DNA of 64,000 nucleotides from Flaccisagitta enflata (Eukaryota): NCBI GenBank assembly GCA_965153355.1, contig OZ231126.1, positions 22,940,001 to 23,004,000 of the forward strand, read 5' to 3'. Shown piece by piece: positions 47,238 to 59,959 of this stretch (position 1 is its first letter; each line of letters starts with the position of its first letter). The notes under the pieces were generated by a model. It saw only the letters and a program-made list of their open reading frames with translations, ran no database searches and was not told where the DNA came from. The position numbers and the translations under genes were made by a program.

Positions 47238-47836
47238 TTTTTGGGCAGCGGCCCCAAAGGGCCGATGTCCTGTAGGACACAGGGGTGAATTTCCAGACGT
47301 CCGTACGTCTGTCCGTCCGTCCGTCCGTCCGTCCCCCCCCCCAGGCCCCTCTCAGACCCCAAATCAGCCCTCTCAAGCCCAAAATAAGCCCTCTCAAGCC
47401 CAAAATCAGCCCTCTCAAGCCCAAAATCAGCCCTCTCAGACTCAAAATCAGCCCCCTCAGGCCCAAAATCAGCTCTTTCAGCTCCAAAATTAGCTCCAAA
47501 TTAGCCCCAAATCAGCCCTCTCAAGCTCAAAATCAGCCCTCTCAAGCCCAAAATCAGCCCTCTCAGGCCCAAAATCAGTCCTCTCAGGCCCAAAATCAGC
47601 CCTTTCAGCTCCAAAATTAGCTCTCTAATACCCTAAATCAGCCTTGTCAGGCTCAAAATCAAGCATGTCAGCCCTTTAATGTACCTTCTCAGGACGTCTG
47701 GAAATTCACCCCTGTGTCCTACAGGACATCGGCCCTTTGGGGCCGCTGCCCTGCTCTCACTCCACTTCTTCAGTTGATCACTCCTAGCAGGGCATCGGGT
47801 ACCGCTGACCATGTGCGATCCTTGGATGACTAGTTT
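47238..47836 (+). mobile_element. Family B element, best-preserved copy
   Basis: Perfect 60-bp IR (47243-47302 and 47692-47751), (CCGT)n, 21-bp array, about 85-bp 3' tail ending gactagtt. Confidence 0.9.
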
Positions 47837-47968
47837 ATTTTTGTTTTTCTTTTCCTGTTTCCTTGCCTACAAAACCTGCTAGCAGCCCACAAGCAATGCT
47901 TGCGTGCTTGGGCACTTTGTCGTACCCTGGGACAGAGAGAGAAGGAAAGAGAGAAAAGAGACAAAGAA

Positions 47969-48105
<137 letters not shown>

Positions 48106-48198
48106 CAGAGAGACAGAGAGAGAAGGAGAGAGAGAGGACAGAGAGAGAAGGAAAGGGAGAGAAGAGACAAAGAGAGAAGGAGAGAAAGAAAGACAGAA

Positions 48199-48341
<143 letters not shown>

Positions 48342-48389
48342 AGAGAGAGAAGGAAAGAGAGATAAGAGACAAAGAGAGGAGAGAAAGAA

Positions 48390-48552
<163 letters not shown>

Positions 48553-48620
48553 GACAGAGACAGAGAGACACAAAGAGACAGAGAGACTCAGAGAGACAGA
48601 GACAGAAAAAGACAGAAAGA

Positions 48621-48702
<82 letters not shown>

Positions 48703-49268
48703 GGCACACAAACACACACACACACAGACAGAAAGATCAAGGGGAAAAAGAGACAGAGAGACAGAGATTGATTAACAAAAACACTCAGGCAGTTTATGTG
48801 ATAGCATGAAACGCAGACACAGATGAACATGAACTGCAATAAAAAGATTCCCATTTACAACTTTTTTCCGGCCGGCGAAAGCCACCTTTATTGGTATAGG
48901 TAACAATTGGTCCTCATCAGAGCATCAGAAATTATTGATAGTTATGAACTATTTCCTTCGTTTATTTCCAGGTGGTTTAAGATTAGAATTTCTTGCCTCA
49001 CCGAGCTCATGATTATAATTTCAGATTAGCGTATCATTCTTTACAATTAGGACGGCGGTTGTTACTTTTGTCTTTCTCGTTTTGGTAGGAAGTGGCGGTC
49101 GAATTCAATCGATATAATCTTCTTTTTTGACCATCTGCTCGACACAAAAAGCCAATACAATATGAGACAATTAGCGGCCATAATTGTGTGCAATGGTGCA
49201 AATCGATTCCACTATCTTTTTTTTCTTTCATATCCTCTCCCTCATCAAATGCCGCTCGCCCGCTCTCG

Positions 49269-49360
<92 letters not shown>

Positions 49361-49463
49361 TCTTTCTAGCCAATCGAAAAACTGACCATTTTGTCCCAAG
49401 CCAAAAATACTGCCCAAAAGCCGATACAAAAGCAAGTCGAAGCATTTCGAAGCTGCTTAGCGA

Positions 49464-49736
49464 GGATGCATCTAAAAATGATCAGGGCTGGTTGGTGAGT
49501 GATTGGAGATTGATAAGTGGGATTTTTGAGGTAGGGTTAATGGACATCCAGATGGACATACGGACGGACAGACCCTCATATAGAGATGCGATGACGCATC
49601 TAAAAATGATAAGGGGTGGTTGGTGAGTGATTGGTAATGGATAAACGGGATTTTTGAGGTAGGGTTAATGGACATACAGACGGGCATACAGACGGACAGA
49701 CCCTCTTATAGAGATGCAAGGACGCATCTAAAAAAG
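49464..49736 (-). mobile_element. Family D HINE-like 5' ends in tandem
   Basis: About 130-bp unit present twice: ttttagatgcgtc..gcatctctata.gagggtctgtccgtc on the - strand. Confidence 0.7.
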
Positions 49737-50084
49737 AGAGAATAAAAGAGAAAGAGACTGAAAAAAGTATTCACTACAGCCACTGCATTGACTCAACTCA
49801 CACAGATACATTGATATACTTAGAATCATAAAAAAAAAATGAATCTAGATTTTACCTATACTGTTTCTGTTCTCTTTCCTATTGTAGAAAGAATACACTA
49901 TGGGTAAAATCTATCATGATGTTTTTTGTGGCATGGTTATGATGAATCCAAGATACACCTCATAATCTATAACAGAAAAACATAAGCTTGAACCCCCAGC
50001 CAAACCCAGAGCTTGGTTTTACTCGGGCTTCAACCCAAGCAACCCAAAGCAACCTAAAGCAACCCCAAGTAACCCCCGGGGTTT

Positions 50085-50322
50085 AATATCACCCTAGATT
50101 ATGGAGTGAGATAGCATTTACTGATGTTCACTCCTGTAAATTGCATTGTGTGGCATGCAAAGGCAAGATTTGGTGTGTCAATAAAAATTGATACTTATGA
50201 AAAGAGTGGATATTAGAAGACGATGGGATCTTATTTGTGAAAATCTGAGTGCACAATATTTGTATGTCCAGTGAAAATTCTTGGGAGTATAAAGAAGGTG
50301 TATCTCAGGATGCAAGGCATTT
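50085..50322 (+). pseudogene. Degenerate second PAN-like domain
   Basis: Fragments across frames: YG-EIAFTDVHSCKLHCVACKGKIWCVNKN*YL*K and ENSWEYKEGV-SGCKAF followed by g|gttaat. These parallel the exon 2/3 motifs but carry stops and frameshifts. Confidence 0.45.
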
Positions 50323-50582
50323 GGTTAATTTTAGTGCATTCCTGTGGAGAGCAGATTAGCATGATAGCGACCCCAGCAATTATATCAGCCAGCCTCCCCT
50401 GTCACCTAAGCCCCCCCCCCCGCCCCCACAGCCCCCAACTCTTATCCCGCTTTCAGTCCCCCTTCATGACAAAGTAGAAGTAAATGAAATATATTTGATT
50501 TTCATGGTGGAAAATTGATTTGTTTGGGACCACCACCCCTTTTACTGCTTTTACTGCTGTTTCACTTAATATGCAACAACAG

Positions 50583-50697
50583 ATACTGCCTCGTCAGACT
50601 GCTACAATGGGCCTCATGGTAAAGATTATCGTGGAACAAAAAGCGTCACACTCAGTGGAAAAACATGTAAAGAATGGTCACCACGAAGTATTCAGAG
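50583..50697 (+). CDS. Exon: kringle domain, first half
   Basis: Acceptor caacag; reads (D)TASSDCYNGPHGKDYRGTKSVTLSGKTCKEWSPRSIQ(R); donor ag|gttagg. Classic CY..G..YRG..S.T.SG..C..W kringle motif. Confidence 0.92.
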
Positions 50698-50825
50698 GTT
50701 AGGAGCTTTTTGCACAAACCATAAAGAGTTGAGGTAGAGAGTGTTGATTACTCAGATAACTTATGGATCCTGATGGTGTGTACAACACAAATCTAAGGTA
50801 AAGCAAAGAATATAGATGCAAAATC

Positions 50826-52487
50826 CATGGGTGTATCTTACTGAGTCGCTTTTGATTCCCCCCCCCCCTCTCCCCTCTATTGATTTTCTTCCCCGTAAAG
50901 CGTCGCGTCGCGTTTTCTTCCCCATATACTACGCGAATTTTAAAAAAAGACGCACCTTTATATTTGTTAACAAAAAGGATCCAAAAAGCTCTACAAAAAT
51001 TTGTCAATAGAAGTGATTTTAAAGATTTTCAAAAGATCTTTCATTCTAGACCATTCCCAGTTCTGTAACTTAAACCGTTTAGCTAGAGCCAGTCAAAGTG
51101 AAGGACCATTTTTCTAAAATGCATTTTTTTCTATGCAACTGCAAAATCAAAATCAGAAAAGTTTTTACTCAAACTAATGCCTCTCCCAAACAAAAAAAGA
51201 TAGAAATACCAGATTGTCGCCAAATGAAAGTATTTTCCAAGGGCTTTCTGAAAACTTAGAATTTTAATATGTTTTTATGAGTTTCAATGGCATAATCAAT
51301 TATTCAAAAGTGCGTCTTTTATGTGAGAAGAACATATGCGATTTCTATCCTCATCAATTTCTATTTCTTTATTTGTTATCGTACTTGAAAGTAGCTCTCT
51401 ATAACTGCATACCATTTTTCAACAAATTGAGCTAGAACCCTGGGATTGGTCTCAAATGACAGCTGATTTTTCATAGATTTTACATCTTCTAAAGAATTTG
51501 GCAGTTTTTAACTATTTTTACTAATTATCAAATGTTCCCTGATTTCTAAGCAGAAGAGCGATCTATGTTAAATTATCTTTCATTTGAGACCAATCCCAGA
51601 GTTCCGCTCAATTTGTTTGAAAATGACAAGCTTTCTTTTTCCCCCTTTTACGTATTTTCTTCCATATCTCTAAACTCTTTGATTACTTTACCCCGCCCCC
51701 ACCGGGAGGGGGGAAAACTCAATAATACTATCTAGGAAATAAATATACGGACACCTAACCATGGTTTTAGCAGTTAAACTTCAATACCCCATGAAAAAAT
51801 GAAAGTAGATCAACAAACTATGACAAAAAATCTTCCATTCAAGACCAAGCAGAGCTCAGTGGCTCAATCCATTTTCAAATGACAGCGTTATGAAGAAAAA
51901 TAGTCATTTTACCAACATCTGATTTAGAGAGTTTCAGTACCAATTTTCACGAGACAGCTTTCATTGAAAAGGCTCTTAAATCTGAATGGATAGACTGAAA
52001 TCATTCTGCTTGGCCTCATTAGCTTACATTTTTTATATTCTTTTTGATAGTTAAAAAAAATTGAAGGTTGCGGTAAACTATATTGCTATGAAATCATTAA
52101 ATATCTATAAACAAGGCTAAGTAGGCCAATAAGGTTCAACATGTTGATCGTCGAACGATTGCGTTACAGACAGACCAACCAACCAACCAACCAACCAACC
52201 AACCAACCAACGGACAGAGCCAGTTATAGAGGTGCTTTGTGGCACCTAAAAACCAATCTAATTTTATGATGTTCTCATTGCTTAATAAGAAATTAGGGAT
52301 ACTCTGATTTAAGTTGAAAAATCATAGACCAATCCAATAAAAACTCAAAACAAGGACAGTTCGTAGTTCAAAATACCATATAATGACTGAAAATTTATTT
52401 ATTGAAACTTATTTTTCAGTCAGTGAATAAACATTAAGTTTTCTCCAGCTGTCCGTATATTTATTTCCAAGATAGTATACAGGCCTG
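50826..52487. mobile_element. hAT-like MITE (same family as 54638-54960), expanded by insertions
   Basis: catgggtgtat ... atacaggcctg termini, ttttcttcccc motifs; TA-flanked MITE inserted in its right end. Confidence 0.55.
51728..52475. mobile_element. TA-flanked MITE related to 33484-34079
   Basis: TIR ctatct(a/t)ggaaataaatatacggaca; contains a family C HINE. Confidence 0.8.
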
Positions 52488-52841
52488 GAATAGTCACAAA
52501 AGCATTACATGGTCAGCGGTACCTGTTGCTCTTTTTTGATTTTACCAAAAAAATGTATATTCTTGAGTCGCTTTTGATTTTCCCCCCCCCCCTGCCTTTG
52601 ATTTTCTTCCCCGCGACGCGTCACGTAGTGTTTTTATATCTATGATTTTCTTCCCCATATATCAGTAAAACTATATAGTTAAGGTTTAAATAGTGTTAAA
52701 TTGTGTTTTACTGATTGAGTTTTATTATTTAGTATTTGAGTTTTAGTATTACCAATAAAGGCGGCTCTCGTTGTAGGAAAAAAGTTGTAAGTGCGAGGTT
52801 TTGGAATTTTTTTGTGATTGTATTTTGTCTGGTTGATTGCA

Positions 52842-53342
52842 TTTTTGGGCAGCGGTTCCAAAGGGCCAATGTCCTGTAGAACAAAGGGGGGAATTTCCAT
52901 ATGTCTGTCCCTCGTTCCATCCATCCCCCCCTCTCCCGTTGGCCATCAAGACCTCAAATTTGCCGTCCCAGCCCTCAATTTAGCCTTCGAGGCCTCAAAT
53001 CAGCCTTCCAGGCTTCAAACCAGCCCCCCCCCCCGCCTCAAATTTGACCTCCAGACCTCAGATGTACCCTTAAGACCTTCAATTAGCCCTCCAAGCATCA
53101 AATTAGCCCTCCGTGGATCAAATTTGCCCTGTAAACCTAAAATCTGCTCTCTAAGCCTTAATTTGGCCCTCCAGCCTTCAAACATGCCTTCAGTGGCCTA
53201 AATCAATCATCTAAGGCCTGAAATATTCCCCCTCAGGATGTCTGGTAATTCCCCCCTGCTCTTACTCCACTACTTCACTGAATCACTCCCGGCAGGGCAC
53301 CGGGGACCGCTGACCATGTGCGATCCTTGGATGATTAGTTTT
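52842..53342 (+). mobile_element. Family B element with partly deleted 3' arm
   Basis: ttttgggcagcgg start, 21-bp repeats, tail ccgctgaccatgtgcgatccttggatga. Confidence 0.75.
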
Positions 53343-54118
53343 TTCTCCTGGCATCTTTTTGGTTTGCTCCGCTCTCTACATGTGTTTCTCTGTTTGTTCT
53401 TTGTTTGCCCGTCTCTATCTCTTTCTCTCTCTCTTTCTCTCTCACTCCATTTTCATTTTCTCTCTCTCCCCTTCTCTCTCCCTTCTCTCATGTAACACGG
53501 GGTTACATTATCGTTAGTGAACAGGTGACAGAGGCATCCAACCCCCATCCACACCCCAACCCCAACCCCCACACACAAGCATCTAAACCGCTTGGATTTC
53601 CACTTGTCCACTCAGACGGACAGATGGACCAACAGACCGATGGATGGACTGACGGAAAAAGCCTCTCATGGAGTCCAGAGTTAAAAAGAGAGAGAGACTG
53701 GGCGGCCAGGATGCACAAGCATCACCTGGGACATTTCAAAGTTCAGTTAAACTTCAACTAACTCGATCCCTCGTTTTTGGGAAAAATTGCAAAAAAATAT
53801 AAAAAGATTAAAAAAAACATAGCTCCAAAATTAATGATCGCACAGAATTCTGCTTGGCGTCATCTGAAAGAGGAGAATTAGCACTTTTTTAGCTATCAAT
53901 TTCATGCATAGTCCCATTCTGCCCCCAAAATGCATCAACTTTCCCAAACGCCTCATTAAACAAAGGGAAATCCGTTTTTCTCTACAGGACTCAAAAAGAC
54001 CAAAGGGACTTCGTCTCTTCGACTTTTTTCCAAACTATAGGTTTCAATGATTTGAGGACATGGTATCGAATTGCAAGCAGATGGGAAGTTTCTTTGAATT
54101 CTAATATGCCTTTCTTAA

Positions 54119-54271
<153 letters not shown>

Positions 54272-54637
54272 TAGTCGCATGTCTGAGACTAAAAAAGTGA
54301 ACATGTGCATTTAGAAGAACAAGGCCGGATACACGGCTACTGAGTCGCGTGTGGGTGGGCAGGGGCCATAGTGAGGTCACTCCGGTGGGCAGGAGCGTGA
54401 GGCCAAAAACCGCAAAAACCCAAAAAAAAGTAAAGTGTGACGGAGGGACGGACCGACGGACGGACGGACCGACGGACAGACGGACGGACCGGCTGCGGGG
54501 GTGTAAGAGTCGCGTAGCACGCGTGTTTAAAAAGAAGCGAAGAAGGAGAAAAAGAAAAAGAAGAAGAAGAAGAAGAAGAAAGAAAGAGAAGAAGAAAAGA
54601 AAAGAAGAAGAAAAAGAAAAAGAAAAAGAAGAAGAAG

Positions 54638-54960
54638 CAGGCCTGTATATTGTTCCATATTTCCCCCCTCCCCCATGGGAAAATAAGGGTTTGGAGAAAG
54701 GGAAGGAAAAGGAAGGAGGAAACAAGAGAGAAAAAAAAAAGAAAAGTTGGGGAAAATGTAACTTTTGACACTACCAAATCATAAAACATGATAAGTAAAA
54801 CACAATTTAACACTATCTAAACCTTTAACACACTGTTTTATTGCTTTATGGGGAAGAAAATGTTAGATTTTGTAAAATGACAGGTTGCGTTGCGGGGACG
54901 ATAATAAAAGGCAGGGGGGAGGAAAAATAATCAAAGGTTATGGAACTATATACACCCCTG
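54638..54960. mobile_element. hAT-like MITE in (GAA)n
   Basis: TIR cagg(cc/gg)tgtatat(t/a)gttccata; agaagaag on both sides. Confidence 0.75.
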
Positions 54961-54993
<33 letters not shown>

Positions 54994-56069
54994 GGAAGAA
55001 GAAAAAACAGAAAAAGAAAAAAAAAAAAAGAAAAGTCGTAAAGCGTTAGATGGTCAGCGGTACCCATTGCCCTGCCTAGAGTAAGTTGTGCTTAAAGTTG
55101 AAGGGAAGCAGGGCAGCGGCCCCGAAGGGAGTCAGTGACCTGTGCTTTCACACATACGGGGAAATTTCTCCTTCTCCTTCTCCTCCTTCAGCTTACTCCC
55201 CCTCAAATCTCAGCCTCGAGGCCCAAATCCCAGTCTCAGACCTAATCCCAGCTTCTAGGCCCAAATCCAAGCCATAGAGGCTCAAACCCTAGCCCAGAGG
55301 CTGAGATATGGCCTGGAGGCTCATTGCTGGTGACCTCGGAAGGCTAGGATTTGGGCCGCAGGCGCTTTAGTTTGGGCCTCGAAACCTAGGATTTGGACCT
55401 TGAGACTGAGTTTGCCTCAAGGCTGGAATTTGGGCCTCAAGGCTGGGATTTGAGCCTCAAGGCTGGGATTTGAGGGGGGATATGAGAGGTCAGCAGGAGA
55501 ACGAGAAATTTCCCCATATGTGTGAAAGCTTAGGTCATCGACCCCTTTGGGGCCCCTGCCCAAAAAAAGGAAAAGGAAAGAGGAAGAAGAAACAGAAGAA
55601 GTGACGCAGAGTTACAATAATGTTGCGGACAGGTGGGCAGGGGCATACAAATCTATGCCACACCCCCTTCCACATACACACAACCGTATTACCTTAAACG
55701 CGCATTTTTACACTTTTCAACTCTATCATCACAGACCAACGGACCAACGTACACATCACACCACATCACATCACAGACCAATGGACCAATGGACCAACAA
55801 ACAGACCAGTCCTCATATTGAGTCACCAGTCCTCGACTAAAACGAGAAAAAAAGTAAGAAAGAATTCGGAAAATAGTTAAGACGTTAAATCTGCCAGGGA
55901 AAAATGAAGTGCTTCACCCCACTTTTGCATCAATAATGGACTAATTATCCATCCACAAATGTTTTCATTGCTCAAGTTGTCAATGGATATACTTGTTTTG
56001 TATGTCTGTTTCATATTTGACGCTTTAAGTTGCCTTTTGATAAGCAATTCTCATGGAAAATGGCAAGAG

Positions 56070-56314
56070 AATGAAGATTTTAGTGAAATTTTGTTGACAT
56101 TTTTTTCTATTTTCTGAGGTCGAAATTATAAGAAAGCCACACCCAGAAAAAATTTGCATTTTCAAAAACATAGTTCTCTCAAAAAACGATTTGGGAAGAG
56201 AACTATGTTCTTTGTTTTTTCATATTTTCATTTTCTATGCAAACTTATAATTTCGACCAACGCCTATCAAAGACAAAAAAGAAATTTGTAGAAATTTTCA
56301 GTAAATCTTCTTCA
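56070..56314. mobile_element. Degenerate foldback
   Basis: Paired arms ggtcgaaattataag/cttataatttcgacc and aacatagttctct/agagaactatgtt. Confidence 0.65.
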
Positions 56315-56534
56315 ATAACGTAGGCTAAATCTGAGTCTCTTGCTGAATGGATGCAAATTTTGCTTTCAAATATCATGCATGTCTATTCTCAATCACTTTT
56401 ATTCACTTGTTTTTCTATTTTCACTCATGCATGTTTTCTATTTTGACCCATTTTGATACCCTAAATGTTGGCTTCGTGGGCTCGCTGTCTTAAGAAAGTA
56501 TGAGTGGCCACAGTCGCGTGCTCCGTTTTCAAAA

Positions 56535-57165
<631 letters not shown>

Positions 57166-57758
57166 AAAAAATAAGTTATCTCGCATATTTGATTTAAAGT
57201 TACAATTACAAAGATAATTATGAAGAGTATGGATGTGAGTGATGAATGAAATAATTGATGAAGAATGCCTCTCAAAGCTTTTGATCTTTTTTGACAATTT
57301 TCAACTCAACTGTGATCAACCGATGAACCAACCAACCAAACAACAGACAGATCATTTCATAGAAGTGAAAATGGAATGATTGAGTTCATCCAGGCAACTC
57401 AATGCGTCATCTGCACAATTTGAGCACAGGTGTAACGGACAAGCATACAGATACATGGAGGGACAGATTGAGTCAGACAAATGGATGAATGGAGGAATGG
57501 ACAAACAGAGAGATTAAATGAAGGATGGACGGACGCGCTTATAGAGATGTGATGATGTATCTGAAAAGAGAAAGAAGATAAAACAAGAGAAAGTTACAAA
57601 GGAGAAAAGGATACAAAGGAGAAAAAGATAGGATATGAAGGAGAAAAAGAAAGACAGAAGGCTAGCACCCCATGGATCATTCCATTCTAATTTGATAATC
57701 TTTATTAATCCTTCCCCTCCTCTGCTCTCCTCTTCCTTCCTCTTCTTCTTCCTCTTCT

Positions 57759-57790
<32 letters not shown>

Positions 57791-58395
57791 TTCTTCTTCT
57801 TCTTCTTCTTCTTCTTCTTCTTCTTCTTCTTCTTCTTCTTCTTCTTCTTCTTCTTCTTCTTCTTCTTCTGCTTCTTCTTCTTCTTCTGCTTCTTTTTCTT
57901 CTTCCTCTGATTTTACTCCTGTTTTTTTTAAATTGCGTGCCACGCGAGTGACGCAACTCAGCTTTCTGCGGCCTTTATCCTCACTGCTCCTGCCCAACTG
58001 ATCAAGTGACTTCAAATACAGCCCCTACCCGCCCGCACGCGACTGGGGTAGCTGTGTATCGGGACTTGTTGTTGTGCAATTCTACTCGGCTCCTTCATTC
58101 ATGGTATTCTTCTTTTTTTATAAATCACCTTCTTGTTCTTCTTCTTGGTTTTCTTCAGTTTTTTCTTGTTCTTTTTCTTCTGTTTTTTCTTGTTCTTGAT
58201 CTTGTTCTTGTTCTTGTTCTTGTTCATCCTCTTCCTCTTCTTATTCTTTCTCTTTGTCAATGATATTCGACGGCGTCTACCATTCCATTCCAGATTCATT
58301 CTTCTTCTTCTTCTTCTTCTTCTTCTTCTTCTTCTTCTTTTTTTTTTTTTCTCTTCTTCTTCTTCTTCTTCTTTCTTCTTCTTCTTCTTCTTCTT

Positions 58396-58426
<31 letters not shown>

Positions 58427-58785
58427 TTATTCCTCTTCACCAATTCCGTCCGCCCCTCACATGTTTCGGTGGCTCTCCATCCATTTCCCTATCTTTTTTT
58501 ATGATTTTGGTTGGCTTTTTCTGTCTAAAGCAGTAATGAAGTCTTACATGGATTTAGGGATTTACGCTTATACGACACCCCGCTAAGGTTAACGAAGGTT
58601 GTTTTCCTAATCAAAATTTGATGGGATTTCCAATGATGTATTGTTCAAAAGCTGAAATCAAATTCTCATTTTGACATGTTTTAGAGGATGCTTTCTGTTG
58701 ATCCATGGAAATGACCATAACAAAGAATGACACATTATAAATCTATAGTCTTTTCTTTGTTTTTGTCTCTTAGATCTATGCTTAC

Positions 58786-59044
58786 ATTTTTTGAATCCTG
58801 CTTTGCTCCAGCTTCTCCCGAATATTGAGTCTTACTTTCAGAATTGGAACCAGACCCAAATAAGGACCATCCCGATTTTGTTTGTGAATTGCTACTTACA
58901 AGCACTGAAGTCAATGCCTTGAATTCAGTATCTGCTTTAGCTGCAAACTCATCAGAGAGTCTGCCACAGCTTGTTTTGTTATTTTCAGCTGTCCACCAAA
59001 TTGTGCTGACTTCATAAAATGTGCACCATAACGCAGTCAGGAGT
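58786..59044 (-). pseudogene. MACPF (membrane attack complex/perforin) domain exon with frameshift
   Basis: LRYGAHFMKSAQFGGQLKITKQAVADS matches the MACPF YGxH...xGG signature, then shifts frame into DEFAAKADTEFKALTSVLVSSNSQTKSGWSLFGSGSNSESKTQYSGEAGAKQDSKN, ending at donor |gtaagc. Confidence 0.75.
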
Positions 59045-59719
59045 CTCGATGGAGAAAATCTCAATTTTAAGGGTTATGAAAAAAAAAAAAATGGACCCAT
59101 CTCAGATTTTTGCACAGGGGACCTAAAAAGGCTGTAGAACAAGATTCTGATGTTCATTTTGACCTAACTTTAGCCAAAAAAAAAAGGCCGGATACAGCTG
59201 CCCTAGTCGCGTGCGGTGGGCAGGGGGCCCCAATTTGACTCAAAATGTCCTACCATAACTATTATTGACGTAAACTGACCTTAGATGGCCTAAGAGTTGC
59301 CGTCATAATACCAAAAAGTAAAGTGTGATGGACCGACGGACAGACGGACGGACGGGCCAGACCGGACCGACGGACCGACGGACGGACCGACAAAGCGGGT
59401 GTAGAGTCGCTGTGAGCTAACTTGAGCCAAAAAAAAAAAGAAACGGGTTTTAGTGCAAAAAACAGCTATTTTTCCTAAAAAAATGGCATTAAATGAAATA
59501 TTTTGGCCCTTTTTTTTGCAGAAACATAAAGTACCAATAGTAATTGATATTTGAGTGAATGTAGAACAATTTTTAATAGGTCTATGAGGTTCAAAAATAA
59601 CTTACTAAAATGCTCAAAAATGAAGAAATGACTAAGAATTAAAAATTGTCGTCAAAACTGATGATTTGGAACAGTTTCTTAGGGAAAAATATGCTGTCAG
59701 TATGAATTTCATCGATTTA

Positions 59720-59959
59720 CTTAAAAAAACATGGCCGTGATAAGCGAAAAACGCAAAACCGCAATATGCAAATGAGATCAAATGCGGTTTTGCAAAAATG
59801 TCATTAGGGGAAAACACTTGCATTCCTCCAGAAAAGTGTTTGTTTGGTATGGAAAAGCAATAAAATCAACCTTGCCATTTTTGGCGCAAAAACCGCACTG
59901 ACCTCATTTGCATATTGCGGTTTTGCGTTTTAAACTTAGCACGGCCATGTTTTTTTAAG
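59720..59959. mobile_element. Foldback MITE with about 80-bp arms
   Basis: cttaaaaaaacatggccgtg..aaaacgcaaaaccgcaatatgcaaatgag pairs with 59903-59959. Confidence 0.8.

Noticed and set aside
54078..54100. cag|atgggaagtt as the missing kringle W-E-x-C exon
   Set aside because: It lies upstream of the exon it should follow and lacks the Cys.
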